Assembly: GCA_020028535.1 (NCBI GenBank)
Contig: JAIBHM010000002.1
Location: 1 to 32,761 of the forward strand
Direction: 5' to 3'
Length of the DNA stretch: 32,761 nt
Origin: Armatimonadota bacterium
GTDB lineage: Bacteria > Sysuimicrobiota > Sysuimicrobiia > Sysuimicrobiales > Kaftiobacteriaceae
The notes beneath the pieces are model-generated. The model made no database searches and had not been told where the DNA came from. It saw only the letters and a program-made list of their open reading frames with translations. Positions 1-8,287 of this stretch are shown here, piece by piece. How positions within the stretch are numbered: the first letter of the stretch is position 1; every line of letters begins with the position of its first letter. The translations under genes and the position numbers were made by a program.

Positions 1-1
1 C

Positions 2-751
2 CCGTTCTGCGTCGTCGCCACGGTTGGGACGACGTCGACGACGAGCGTCGATCCTGTTCCGGCGATTGCCGAGATCTGCGCCGCCGAGGATCTCTGGCTT
101 CACGTGGACGGGGCGTATGCGGGGATGGCTGCGGTCGCCCCCGAATTCCGCTGGGCGCTGGATGGATGCGACCACGCCGACTCTGTCGTCGTGAACCCGC
201 ACAAGTGGCTCTTCACGCCGATCGACTGCAGCGCATTCTACTGCCGCCGCCCGGACGTGCTGCGAGCCGCCTTCACGCTCGTCCCCGAGTACCTGCGCAC
301 CGTTGAAGGGGAGCAGACCGCGGTGCGCGATTTCATGGACTACGGCGTCCAGTTGGGCCGGCGATTTCGCGCGTTGAAGCTCTGGATGGTGATCCGGTAT
401 TTCGGCTGGGAGGGCCTCGCCGCCCGGATCCGGGAGCACATCCGCCTCGGGCGGCTGCTGGCCTCGTGGGTCGATGCGAGCCCCGAGTTTGAGCGGACGG
501 CGCCCACCCCGTTCAGCACGGTCTGCCTCCGGGCGCATCCGCCCGGCGCCTCAGACGATGAACTGGAACGGCTCAATACGGCCGTCCTCGACGCGGTCAA
601 TGCGACCGGAGACGCCTATCTCTCGCACACAAAACTCGACGGGAAGTTTACGCTGCGTTTCGCCATCGGCAACATCCGCACGACGGAATCGCACGTCCGG
701 ACGGCGTGGGAGCTGATTCAACGCGAGGCCCGGAAGGCGCGCACCCGCTGA
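2..751 (+). CDS. PLP-dependent group II amino-acid decarboxylase (aromatic-L-amino-acid decarboxylase-like), 5'-truncated by the window edge
   Basis: The frame is open from base 2 (PFCVVATVGTTSTTSVDP...LWLHVDGAYAG). It contains the group II decarboxylase PLP-lysine motif NPHKW (SVVVNPHKWLFTP). Stop is TGA 749-751. The ORF-track start at 104 is only the first in-frame GTG. Confidence 0.85.
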   Translation, partial: PFCVVATVGTTSTTSVDPVPAIAEICAAEDLWLHVDGAYAGMAAVAPEFRWALDGCDHADSVVVNPHKWLFTPIDCSAFYCRRPDVLRAAFTLVPEYLRTVEGEQTAVRDFMDYGVQLGRRFRALKLWMVIRYFGWEGLAARIREHIRLGRLLASWVDASPEFERTAPTPFSTVCLRAHPPGASDDELERLNTAVLDAVNATGDAYLSHTKLDGKFTLRFAIGNIRTTESHVRTAWELIQREARKARTR

Positions 752-821
752 TTCACAGGAAAGCGATTTCGCACCGTGGAAGGGATGACGCGCCGGAAAA
801 CTGGACGGTGACTGTGCGGCG

Positions 822-1472
822 ATGACGTTTCGCGATCGCCGGGATGCGGGGCAGCGGCTGGCGGAGGCTCTGCAAGGCTTACGCAACCGCAGGCCCTTGG
901 TGCTGGCGATTCCGCGAGGCGGGATCGTGGTAGGGTATGAGGTGGCGCGCGCGCTCGACGCTCCACTCGACGTTGTGGTCCCGCGGAAACTGCGCGCCCC
1001 CTACAATCCGGAATTGGCGATCGGCGCCGTTGCGCGCGACGGCACTGTCTATCTGGACACCCCGGTGGCGGGTACCCTCAAGGTCACAGACGAGTACCTC
1101 AAAGAAGAGATCGCCTACCAGTTGGAGGAGATCCACCGGCGGATGCGCCTGTACCGCGGGGACCGGCCGCCTCCCGACCTGTCGGGCCGGGCGGCGATCG
1201 TCGTGGATGACGGCATCGCCACCGGATCGACGATGATCGCGGCGCTGCGTGCGACGCGGGCGGCAGGACCGGCGACGCTGGTCGCCGCGGTGCCCGTGGC
1301 ACCTCCGGAGGGTGTAGAATCCCTGCGGCGAGAGGCCGACGAACTCGTCTGCCTCTTCACACCGATGCTATTTTACGCGGTGGGACAATTCTACGATGAC
1401 TTTGCGCAGACGTCGGACGAGCAAGTAATCGCGCTGTTGCGGCGCCGGGAACAGGAGATGCATGGCGGTTGA
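822..1472 (+). CDS. Type I phosphoribosyltransferase-family protein (predicted PRTase, substrate unknown)
   Basis: N-terminal FRDRRDAGQRLAEAL...LVLAIPRGGIVVG and the PRPP-binding loop IVVDDGIATGSTM. Its 3' end overlaps the gcvT start by 11 nt, so it is probably co-transcribed with the gcv genes. Confidence 0.85.
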   Translation: MTFRDRRDAGQRLAEALQGLRNRRPLVLAIPRGGIVVGYEVARALDAPLDVVVPRKLRAPYNPELAIGAVARDGTVYLDTPVAGTLKVTDEYLKEEIAYQLEEIHRRMRLYRGDRPPPDLSGRAAIVVDDGIATGSTMIAALRATRAAGPATLVAAVPVAPPEGVESLRREADELVCLFTPMLFYAVGQFYDDFAQTSDEQVIALLRRREQEMHGG

Positions 1473-2565
1473 CCAGCTGAAGCGGACAAGCCTGTACACG
1501 GTTCATGTGCAGAGCGGCGCCCGCATGGTCGAGTTCGGGGGCTGGGAGATGCCGGTGCAGTATGCCGGCATTGTCGAGGAGCACCGCGCTGTGCGCACGG
1601 CCGCGGGCCTCTTCGACGTCTCCCACATGGGGGAGCTGGTGATCGACGGCCCGGGCGCGCTGGACTCGCTGCAGCGTCTCATCACTAACGACGCCGGCCG
1701 TCTTCCCGTGGGTGGGGGACTCTACACTCCGATGTGCCTGCCGGGCGGGGGCATCATAGACGACCTCACCGTGTTCCGCATCGGCGAGCGGCGCTATCTC
1801 CTCGTGGTCAACGCGGCCACAACGGACAAGGACTTCGCGTGGATTCGCGACCACACTCGTCACGCCGAAGCGCGCGACCGCTCGCCTGAGTTTGCCCTCC
1901 TCGCGCTCCAGGGGCCACAGGCGAATGAGATCCTCGGCCGTGTGACGCGGGCCGATCTATCCCGTCTCGAGTTCTTTCACTTCATGGACCCCGTCGACGT
2001 GGCAGGCGTGGCGGACTGCGTCATTTCTCGCACGGGCTACACCGGCGAAGACGGCTTTGAAGTGGCCATACCGTGGGATGCCGCTCCCGAGGTATGGGAA
2101 GCCCTCATGGGCTCGGGCCGGCGTGATGGTCTCGTGCCGGTCGGCCTCGGGGCGCGCGACACCCTGCGCCTGGAAGCCGGACTGATGCTGTACGGAAACG
2201 ACATCGACGAGACGACCACGCCGCTGGAAGCGCCGCTGGGGTGGACCGTGAAGCTCGACAAGGGCGAGTTCATCGGCCGCGACGTCCTGGTGCGGCAGAA
2301 GCAGCAGGGGGTGCGCCGGAAGCTGGTTGGCTTTGAGATGCTCGAACGGGCCATTCCCCGGCATGGATACGGGCTCCTCGCAGGCGGCCTGAAGACCGGA
2401 CAGGTCACCAGCGGAACCTTCGGGCCGTGGGTGAACAAGAGCATTGGGATGGGCTACGTGGCTGCGGAGTTCGCGCGGCCCGGGACGGAGCTCGCCGTGG
2501 AGATCCGTGGAAAGCCCGCCCGGGCGGCGGCCGTGAAGCTGCCATTCTATAAGAGGAGCGCCTGA
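1462..2565 (+). CDS. gcvT: Glycine cleavage system T protein (aminomethyltransferase)
   Basis: 367 aa. Contains SLYTVHVQSGARMVEFGGWEMPVQY, FDVSHMGEL, SRTGYTGEDGFE and RDTLRLEAGLMLYGND, typical of GcvT. An AGGAG RBS lies 5 nt upstream of the ATG. Confidence 0.95.
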   Translation: MAVDQLKRTSLYTVHVQSGARMVEFGGWEMPVQYAGIVEEHRAVRTAAGLFDVSHMGELVIDGPGALDSLQRLITNDAGRLPVGGGLYTPMCLPGGGIIDDLTVFRIGERRYLLVVNAATTDKDFAWIRDHTRHAEARDRSPEFALLALQGPQANEILGRVTRADLSRLEFFHFMDPVDVAGVADCVISRTGYTGEDGFEVAIPWDAAPEVWEALMGSGRRDGLVPVGLGARDTLRLEAGLMLYGNDIDETTTPLEAPLGWTVKLDKGEFIGRDVLVRQKQQGVRRKLVGFEMLERAIPRHGYGLLAGGLKTGQVTSGTFGPWVNKSIGMGYVAAEFARPGTELAVEIRGKPARAAAVKLPFYKRSA

Positions 2566-2951
2566 TGTACCCCAAGGACCTTCGCTACAGCACCGAGCAC
2601 GAGTGGGCGAAGGTGGAACAGCGCCGCGTCCGCGTGGGCGTCACGAAGTTCGCCGCGGACAAGCTGAGCGACGTGGTGTTCGTGGAACTCCCGCAGGTGG
2701 GCGCGCAGGTCACGTACATGGAGCCGTTCGGAGTGATCGAGTCAGTCAAGGCGGTCTCCGATCTGTACGCCCCGGTGAGCGGCCGGGTCGTCGAAGTCAA
2801 CACGAGCCTGTCGGAGGCGCCTGAAGTCGTGAACACCGATCCGTACGGACGCGGGTGGATCATCCTCGTCGAGCCCAAGGACCTCAAGGAGCTGGACAAG
2901 CTCATGACGGCCGAGCAATACCTGAAGGCGATCGGAGAGGACCCGGAATGA
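2565..2951 (+). CDS. gcvH: Glycine cleavage system H protein (lipoyl carrier)
   Basis: 128 aa. Contains YSTEHEWAK...VGVTKFA and the lipoyl-lysine motif ESVKAVSDLYAPVSG. Its ATG overlaps the gcvT stop (TGATG). Confidence 0.95.
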   Translation: MYPKDLRYSTEHEWAKVEQRRVRVGVTKFAADKLSDVVFVELPQVGAQVTYMEPFGVIESVKAVSDLYAPVSGRVVEVNTSLSEAPEVVNTDPYGRGWIILVEPKDLKELDKLMTAEQYLKAIGEDPE

Positions 2952-4336
2952 CGGCACGGCAGAAGAGCGTCGATGTCGCAGCCCGTGCGCAGCACAAATA
3001 CATTCCCGCCACCGACGCGGAGCGGGAGGAGATGCTGCGGGTGATCGGCGTGCCCTCGGTTGACGCGCTGTTCGCCGACATCCCAGCCGCCGTGCGACTG
3101 AACCGCCCGTTGCGCCTCCCCCCTGCCCTCAGTGATCCAGAGGTCGTCGCGCACCTGCGTGCGCTGGCCGAGCGCAACACGCATTGCGATAGCGCGGCGT
3201 GCTTCCTCGGCGCGGGCGCCTACGACCACTACGTGCCGAGCGTGGTGTGGGCGCTCGCTGGACGCGGCGAGTTCCTGACGGCGTACACGCCGTATCAGGC
3301 GGAGCTCATGCAGGGCGAGCTGCAGGCGGGCTATGAGTATCAGAGCATGCTCTGCGAGCTGACGGGAATGGATGTTGCCAACGCCTCGATGTATGATGGC
3401 GCCTCGGCGACTGCCGAGGCGGCCGTAATGGCCAAGGACTTGACGAAGCGCAACGAGGTTATCGTCAGTACGGCTGTGCACCCTGAGTATCGTCAGGTCC
3501 TGCGGACGTACACAGGCCCGCTGGGGATTACCGTCGCCGAGGTACCCCACCGTCTCGGTGTGTCCGACGCTGAAGCGATCGCCCGTGCGATCACCGATCA
3601 CACCGCGGCGGTGATCATTCAGCACCCGAACTTCTTCGGCAGTCTCGAGGAGGGGAAAGCGCTGGCGGATCTGGCGCACCGGCACGGCGCGCTGCTGGTC
3701 TGCGCAATCGCGGACCCGTTGTCGCTGGGCATCCTCAAGCCCCCGGGCGCCTGGGGCGCCGATATCGTCGCGGGCGAGGGGCAGTCGCTGGGCAATCACG
3801 TCAACTTCGGCGGTCCGTACCTGGGCATGATGGCGACACGCCAGGAGTTCGTCCGCCGCATCCCCGGCCGGCTGGTGGGCGCGACGGTGGACACCGAAGG
3901 CCGGCGCGGATTCGTGCTCACCTTGCAGACACGCGAGCAGCACATCAGGCGCGAACGGGCCAGCAGCAACATCTGCACCAACGAGGCTCTGCTCACACTG
4001 GCGGCCGCGATTTACATGGCGGCGCTGGGCAAACAGGGGCTGCGCAAGGTCGCCGGGCTCAACCTCCAGAAGGCCGCGTACGCGAAGGAGGCCATCAGCG
4101 GCCTCCGCGGGTATCGCCTCGCCTTCGACGCTCCGACGTTCCATGAATTCGTCGTCCGTACGCCGGTGGCGCCGGAGGAGATCAACCGCAGGCTGCGGCG
4201 GCATCAAATTATCGGGGGCGCGCCGCTCGGCCGGTGGTATCCGGATTTGAAGGATGGGTGGCTGGTCTGCGTGACCGAGCAGCGCACTCGCGAGGAGATC
4301 GACCGGCTGACCTCCGCGCTGGAGGAGATCGGGTGA
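2948..4336 (+). CDS. gcvPA: Glycine dehydrogenase (decarboxylating) subunit 1
   Basis: Starts at the ATG of an ATGA overlap with the gcvH stop (MTARQKS...[20 protein letters not shown]). Contains YTPYQAE and [19 protein letters not shown], typical of the split P-protein alpha subunit. The longer ORF-track start (2855) lies inside gcvH. Confidence 0.95.
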   Translation: MTARQKSVDVAARAQHKYIPATDAEREEMLRVIGVPSVDALFADIPAAVRLNRPLRLPPALSDPEVVAHLRALAERNTHCDSAACFLGAGAYDHYVPSVVWALAGRGEFLTAYTPYQAELMQGELQAGYEYQSMLCELTGMDVANASMYDGASATAEAAVMAKDLTKRNEVIVSTAVHPEYRQVLRTYTGPLGITVAEVPHRLGVSDAEAIARAITDHTAAVIIQHPNFFGSLEEGKALADLAHRHGALLVCAIADPLSLGILKPPGAWGADIVAGEGQSLGNHVNFGGPYLGMMATRQEFVRRIPGRLVGATVDTEGRRGFVLTLQTREQHIRRERASSNICTNEALLTLAAAIYMAALGKQGLRKVAGLNLQKAAYAKEAISGLRGYRLAFDAPTFHEFVVRTPVAPEEINRRLRRHQIIGGAPLGRWYPDLKDGWLVCVTEQRTREEIDRLTSALEEIG

Positions 4337-5796
4337 GCGCAAAAGACTTTCCGGTCATCGTCGAGCTCAGCACCCCCGGCCGCGTGGGCTTCTCCTTTCC
4401 TGAACCCGACGTTCCCGAGCGGCCGATCGAGCGCCTGCTCCCCGTCGACCAGATCCGCGAGGCGCCGCCCGGGCTGCCCGAGGTCAGCGAGCTCGACGTC
4501 GTCCGTCACTATACGCGTCTCTCGCACCGCAACTTCAGTATCGACGAAGGCTTCTACCCGCTCGGCTCATGCACGATGAAGTACAATCCCAAGATTCACG
4601 AAGAGACGGCGGCGCTTCCCGGGTTCAGACGGCTGCACCCTTACGCACCGGCCGAGGAGGCGCAAGGGGCGCTGCAGTTGATGTGGGAGCTGGAGCGGGC
4701 GCTGGCGGAGGTGAGCGGGATGGACCGCGTCACCTTCCAGCCCGCGGCGGGCGCACACGGTGAGCTCACCGGGATGCTCATGGTCCGCGCGTACTTTGCG
4801 GCGCGCGGAGAGAAGCGCACCAAGGTCATCGTCCCCGACTCCGCCCACGGCACGAACCCTGCCACGGCCGCCATGGTCGGGTATCAGGTCATCACCGTGA
4901 AGTCCGACAGCCGCGGCAACATGGACGTGCGCGCCCTGCGCCAGGCGATGGACGAGTCGGTGGCGGCGATCATGCTCACCAACCCCAACACGCTGGGCCT
5001 CTTTGAGGAATCCATCGTCGAACTGGAGGAGATCGTGCACGGCCGCGGCGGCCAAATGTATCTCGACGGGGCCAACTTCAACGCTATGCTCGGGATGACC
5101 CGGCCGGGCGATCAGGGGTTCGACGTGATGCACATGAACCTGCACAAGACGTTCACGACCCCCCACGGCGGCGGCGGCCCCGGCGCCGGCGCGGTGGGCA
5201 TCAGGTCACACCTCACCCCTTTCCTCCCCGTCCCCGTCATCGAGAAGGAGGGGGACCTGTTCCGCCTGGATGATGCGCGGCCGCAGTCTATTGGGAAGAT
5301 CCGCGCCTTCTACGGGAATTTCGGAAACCTGGTCCGTGCCTACACGTACATCCGCACGATGGGGGCGGACGGGCTGCGCCAGATCGCCGAAACCGCGGTG
5401 CTCAACGCCAACTACATGCTGGCGCGCCTGCGCGGCCGCTTCGACCTGCCGTACGACCGGGTGTGCAAGCATGAGTTCGTCCTGGCGGGAACACGGCAGA
5501 AGAAGCGCACCGGGGTCACGACACGTGACATGGCCAAGCGGGTCCTCGACTACGGCTTCCACGCGCCGACAATCTACTTCCCGCTCATCGTCGAGGAAGC
5601 GATCATGATCGAGCCGACGGAGACGGAAAGCAAGCGCACGATGGACGAGTTCGTCGATGCGATGCTGGCGATCGACCGCGAGACGCAGGACAATCCCGAT
5701 CTCGTGCGGAGCGCGCCGCATACAACCCCCGTGAAGCGGCTGGATGAGGTTCGCGCGGCGCGGCAGCCGGATCTGCGGTGGAAGACGCGGCCCTAG
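4333..5796 (+). CDS. gcvPB: Glycine dehydrogenase (decarboxylating) subunit 2
   Basis: The GTG start is in a GTGA overlap with the gcvPA stop ([13 protein letters not shown]...). Contains GSCTMKYNP and the PLP-lysine context [19 protein letters not shown]. The ORF-track start (4234) lies inside gcvPA. Confidence 0.95.
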   Translation: MSAKDFPVIVELSTPGRVGFSFPEPDVPERPIERLLPVDQIREAPPGLPEVSELDVVRHYTRLSHRNFSIDEGFYPLGSCTMKYNPKIHEETAALPGFRRLHPYAPAEEAQGALQLMWELERALAEVSGMDRVTFQPAAGAHGELTGMLMVRAYFAARGEKRTKVIVPDSAHGTNPATAAMVGYQVITVKSDSRGNMDVRALRQAMDESVAAIMLTNPNTLGLFEESIVELEEIVHGRGGQMYLDGANFNAMLGMTRPGDQGFDVMHMNLHKTFTTPHGGGGPGAGAVGIRSHLTPFLPVPVIEKEGDLFRLDDARPQSIGKIRAFYGNFGNLVRAYTYIRTMGADGLRQIAETAVLNANYMLARLRGRFDLPYDRVCKHEFVLAGTRQKKRTGVTTRDMAKRVLDYGFHAPTIYFPLIVEEAIMIEPTETESKRTMDEFVDAMLAIDRETQDNPDLVRSAPHTTPVKRLDEVRAARQPDLRWKTRP

Positions 5797-5827
5797 CCCG
5801 AGGGTCCCGTCCGCGCCGGCGGCATTG

Positions 5828-6754
5828 ATGATGACGCTGGATGACTTCCGCAGCGCCCGCGAGCGGATCGCCCCCTATGTCCGCAAAACTCCGGTGCATC
5901 CCCTACCCGGAGGGCCTCTCCTCAAGCTCGAAAGCCTGCAGGTGACAGGATCGTTCAAGGCGCGCGGCGCCTTCAATCACGTGCTGGCCCAGCGGGAGGC
6001 GTGTGCGCGCGGGATCATCACCGCCTCATCGGGGAACCACGGGCAGGCGGTGGCGTACGTCGCCAGGACACTAGGATTGCGCGCGATCGTCGTCGTCCCC
6101 GAAGATGTCGCCACCACGAAGGCCGAAGCGATCACCGCCGCCGGGGCAGAACTCATCCGCTGGGGCCGCTATTCAGAAGAACGCGTGCCGCACGCGAAGG
6201 AGCTCGCGGAGCGCCGCGGCCTGCACTACGTTCCGCCGTACGACGACCTCTTCATCATTGCCGGCCAGGGGACGGCGGGCCTGGAGATTGTCGAGCAATG
6301 CCCGGAAGTTGAGGTAGTGGTCGTCCCGGTCAGCGGAGGCGGACTGATCTCCGGTGTGGCCGCGGCTGTGAAGTCACTGCGGCCCCGCGTCCGTGTGATC
6401 GGCGCTGAACCCGCCGGCGCAACACGCTTTGCCAGTTCGCGCCGGGCCGGGCGACCAGTGGTGTTAGAGAAGGGGGAAACCATCGCCGACGGGCTGCGCG
6501 TCCTCACACCCGGCCATCTCACCTGGGACATGACAACCAAGTACGTAGACGAGTTTCGCGAAGTGCCTGATGACGATACGCTGAAGGCGCTTCGGCGGAT
6601 CCTGCTCGATGGCCACGTGCTTGCCGAGCCGTCCGGAGCGGTCAGCGTGGCCTGTGCTCTCTCCGGCCGGCTCACTGGAAGCACCGCTGTGGCCGTCGTC
6701 AGCGGCGGCAATGTTGATCTCGAGGTGCTCCGCCGCGCCCTAGGACCTTCCTGA
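5828..6754 (+). CDS. PLP-dependent threonine/serine dehydratase-family enzyme (threonine ammonia-lyase / serine racemase-like, no ACT regulatory domain)
   Basis: MMTLDDFRSARERIAPYVRKTPV..., PLP-lysine motif LQVTGSFKARGAFN, SSGNHGQAVAY and the glycine loop VPVSGGGLISG. The ATG at 5828 is chosen over the ORF-track start 5744, which overlaps gcvPB. Confidence 0.85.
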   Translation: MMTLDDFRSARERIAPYVRKTPVHPLPGGPLLKLESLQVTGSFKARGAFNHVLAQREACARGIITASSGNHGQAVAYVARTLGLRAIVVVPEDVATTKAEAITAAGAELIRWGRYSEERVPHAKELAERRGLHYVPPYDDLFIIAGQGTAGLEIVEQCPEVEVVVVPVSGGGLISGVAAAVKSLRPRVRVIGAEPAGATRFASSRRAGRPVVLEKGETIADGLRVLTPGHLTWDMTTKYVDEFREVPDDDTLKALRRILLDGHVLAEPSGAVSVACALSGRLTGSTAVAVVSGGNVDLEVLRRALGPS

Positions 6755-6813
6755 CAAGAGAACCCGCGAAAACACGCGCTTTGCCCCGCCAGGCCGAGCT
6801 AGGCAACAATATA

Positions 6814-6827
6814 CGGACATACGTTCG
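6814..6827. promoter_or_regulatory. LexA-box-like site 1 upstream of lexA (CGGACATACGTTCG)
   Basis: One mismatch from the GAAC-N4-GTTC core of the Gram-positive LexA/DinR (Cheo) box. Followed directly by TATATA, the same layout as the dnaB site at 30121. Confidence 0.5.
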
Positions 6828-6859
6828 TATATATCAACCACAGCGACGCCTCCCACCGG

Positions 6860-6890
6860 TTGATGTTCGTACATATGTTCGCCATATAAT
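6860..6890 (+). promoter_or_regulatory. Putative lexA promoter (TTGATG ... TATAAT) with LexA-box-like site 2 (CGTACATATGTTCG, 6868-6881) between the hexamers
   Basis: TTGATG at 6860-6865 and TATAAT at 6885-6890, with a rather long 19-bp spacer. The box has one mismatch (GTAC for GAAC). GGAGGTGA RBS at 6897-6904 and lexA ATG at 6909. Autoregulation of lexA is the established norm. Confidence 0.55.
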
Positions 6891-6908
6891 CTAGATGGAG
6901 GTGACGCC

Positions 6909-7538
6909 ATGGCCGCACCGTTGACCGACCGGCAGCGCGAAGTCCTCGAGCACATCGCCACATCCATACGGCACAGCGGAATCGTCCCGTCGATCCGAGA
7001 GATCGGACATGCGCTTGGGATGCGCTCCCCCTCGACCGTTCACCAGCATCTCACTGCGCTCGAGCGCAAGGGCTACATCAAACGCTATGGCGACCGCATG
7101 CGCGTCATGGAAGTGCTCGACCGGCGCATGCTTCCTCACGGTGAGGAGGTGGCGCACCTCCCTCTGATCGGCCGCGTTTCTGCCGGCGTCCCCGTCCTCG
7201 CCGAGGAAAATATTGAAGAGATGATCCCCGTGCCGCGCAAGATGGTCGGCTGGCAGGACGACAATTGCTTCCTGCTGACCGTCCGCGGCGACTCCATGAT
7301 CAACGCGGGGATCCATCCCAGCGATCTGGTGATCGTGCGATCGCAGCCGACGGCACAGCAGGGGGAGATCGTGGTGGCCCTGCTCGGCGATGAGGCGACC
7401 GTCAAGCGTCTGCAGTATGAAGGTCCGCGGCCGTATCTCATGCCGGAGAACCCGCGCTATGGGGCAATCTTCGACGAGTTTGAGATCATCGGGAAAGTTG
7501 TGGGGTTGATGCGGAAGTATGCCGGAGGTCAGGCATGA
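6909..7538 (+). CDS. lexA: LexA SOS-response repressor / autopeptidase
   Basis: 209 aa. N-terminal winged HTH (LTDRQREVLEHI...IREIGHALGMRSPSTVHQHLTALERKGYI). S24 peptidase domain with catalytic Ser in VRGDSMINAGI and Lys in EATVKRL. Confidence 0.95.
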   Translation: MAAPLTDRQREVLEHIATSIRHSGIVPSIREIGHALGMRSPSTVHQHLTALERKGYIKRYGDRMRVMEVLDRRMLPHGEEVAHLPLIGRVSAGVPVLAEENIEEMIPVPRKMVGWQDDNCFLLTVRGDSMINAGIHPSDLVIVRSQPTAQQGEIVVALLGDEATVKRLQYEGPRPYLMPENPRYGAIFDEFEIIGKVVGLMRKYAGGQA

Positions 7539-7777
7539 GCGTTCGGGCGGTCGCCGTCCGCAACGGTCCTCGAGCGATTCCCGTGCCCGCGAGTGCGGTG
7601 CGTGCTACCGGTTCAAGCAGGGTGGTCCGGGCCGCGCCGCGGGCGCGGGGTGATGTGCACGCGGCGCCTCGCGCGGCGTGGGTCCGCTTTGCTAATGACC
7701 GACAGCTGGTTGGATTCAAGCTGTTGTTGCTCGGGCTGCTGGCCCTGGCGGCGATGGCTCTGGAGGTGCCGTTCTAA
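7535..7777 (+). CDS. Hypothetical small protein: Arg/Ala-rich N-terminal region plus a single C-terminal transmembrane helix, translationally coupled to lexA
   Basis: Its ATG overlaps the lexA stop (ATGA). 80 codons with mostly G/C third positions. C-terminal LVGFKLLLLGLLALAAMALEV looks like a TM helix. No family recognised; in high-GC DNA an ORF of this size can be spurious. Confidence 0.45.
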   Translation: MSVRAVAVRNGPRAIPVPASAVRATGSSRVVRAAPRARGDVHAAPRAAWVRFANDRQLVGFKLLLLGLLALAAMALEVPF

Positions 7778-7779
7778 GC

Positions 7780-8244
7780 GTGAGACCAGTCATTGAGGTG
7801 TTCACCAGCTCCACGTTCCGGCAGGGCAAGGGTGGCGCGGGCATCGTCATCCGCTCCGCGGGGCAGACCGTTCGAGTGATCCGTCGCGCCGTGCGTGCAG
7901 AGTCACGCGCGCAGGCGGCGTATCGCGCGCTGCTCCACGGTGTGTGGCGGGCCCGCGGCACCGGCGCGCGGCAGATCCGCGCATATTCTGATCACGAGGA
8001 GATCGTAGCCCAGATCACCGGCGGCGCGGAGGTGCCCCCGGAACTCACCGGACTCTACCTGCAGACCCGCGCGCTGTTCAACGCGTATCGCTGGAGCGCC
8101 CTCGAGTACCTGCCCAGGGAGCGCAATACCGAAGCGGCGATCGCCGCTGTCGAGGCCCTTGATGAAGAGCCGCTTGCGCACGACTTCGATCTCGATGCCG
8201 CCGATCCACTGCCGTTGTTCACCTCGTCCGCTCCGATTTCGTAA
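7780..8244 (+). CDS. RNase H-fold (RVT_3 / RNase HI-like) protein with a degenerate active site
   Basis: The GTG start lies 2 nt after the previous stop. The layout VIEVFTSSTF..GKGGAGIVI ... AQAAYRALLHGV ... IRAYSDHEEIVAQITG ... PRERNTEAAIAA follows the beta-strand/helix pattern of small bacterial and archaeal RNase HI-like proteins. The expected D, E and final D positions read S/T, A and A. Confidence 0.6.
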   Translation: MRPVIEVFTSSTFRQGKGGAGIVIRSAGQTVRVIRRAVRAESRAQAAYRALLHGVWRARGTGARQIRAYSDHEEIVAQITGGAEVPPELTGLYLQTRALFNAYRWSALEYLPRERNTEAAIAAVEALDEEPLAHDFDLDAADPLPLFTSSAPIS

Positions 8245-8287
8245 AGGACTCCCCCCATATTGCAGGTGAACCGTAGCATCAAGCATC

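Noticed and set aside
752-821. Glycine-riboswitch-like leader upstream of the PRTase-gcvTHP operon. It contains CACAG...CTGTG as a possible P1, GGAAAG, CACCGTGGAAGGG and CCGGAAAACTGGAC, which resemble GGAGAG, ACCGAAGGGG and CAAAAGGAC.
   Set aside because: The whole region is only about 70 nt, with about 50 nt between the putative P1 strands, whereas a single aptamer needs 85 nt or more. The P2 equivalent is a 2-bp hairpin. The GGTG strand that would close P3 lies on the wrong side of the GGAC element. An Infernal search with RF00504 would settle it; a significant hit would overturn this rejection.
2585-4342. 585-codon minus-strand ORF opposite gcvH and gcvPA.
   Set aside because: Antisense shadow ORF. 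The + strand products have clear GcvH and GcvPA motifs.
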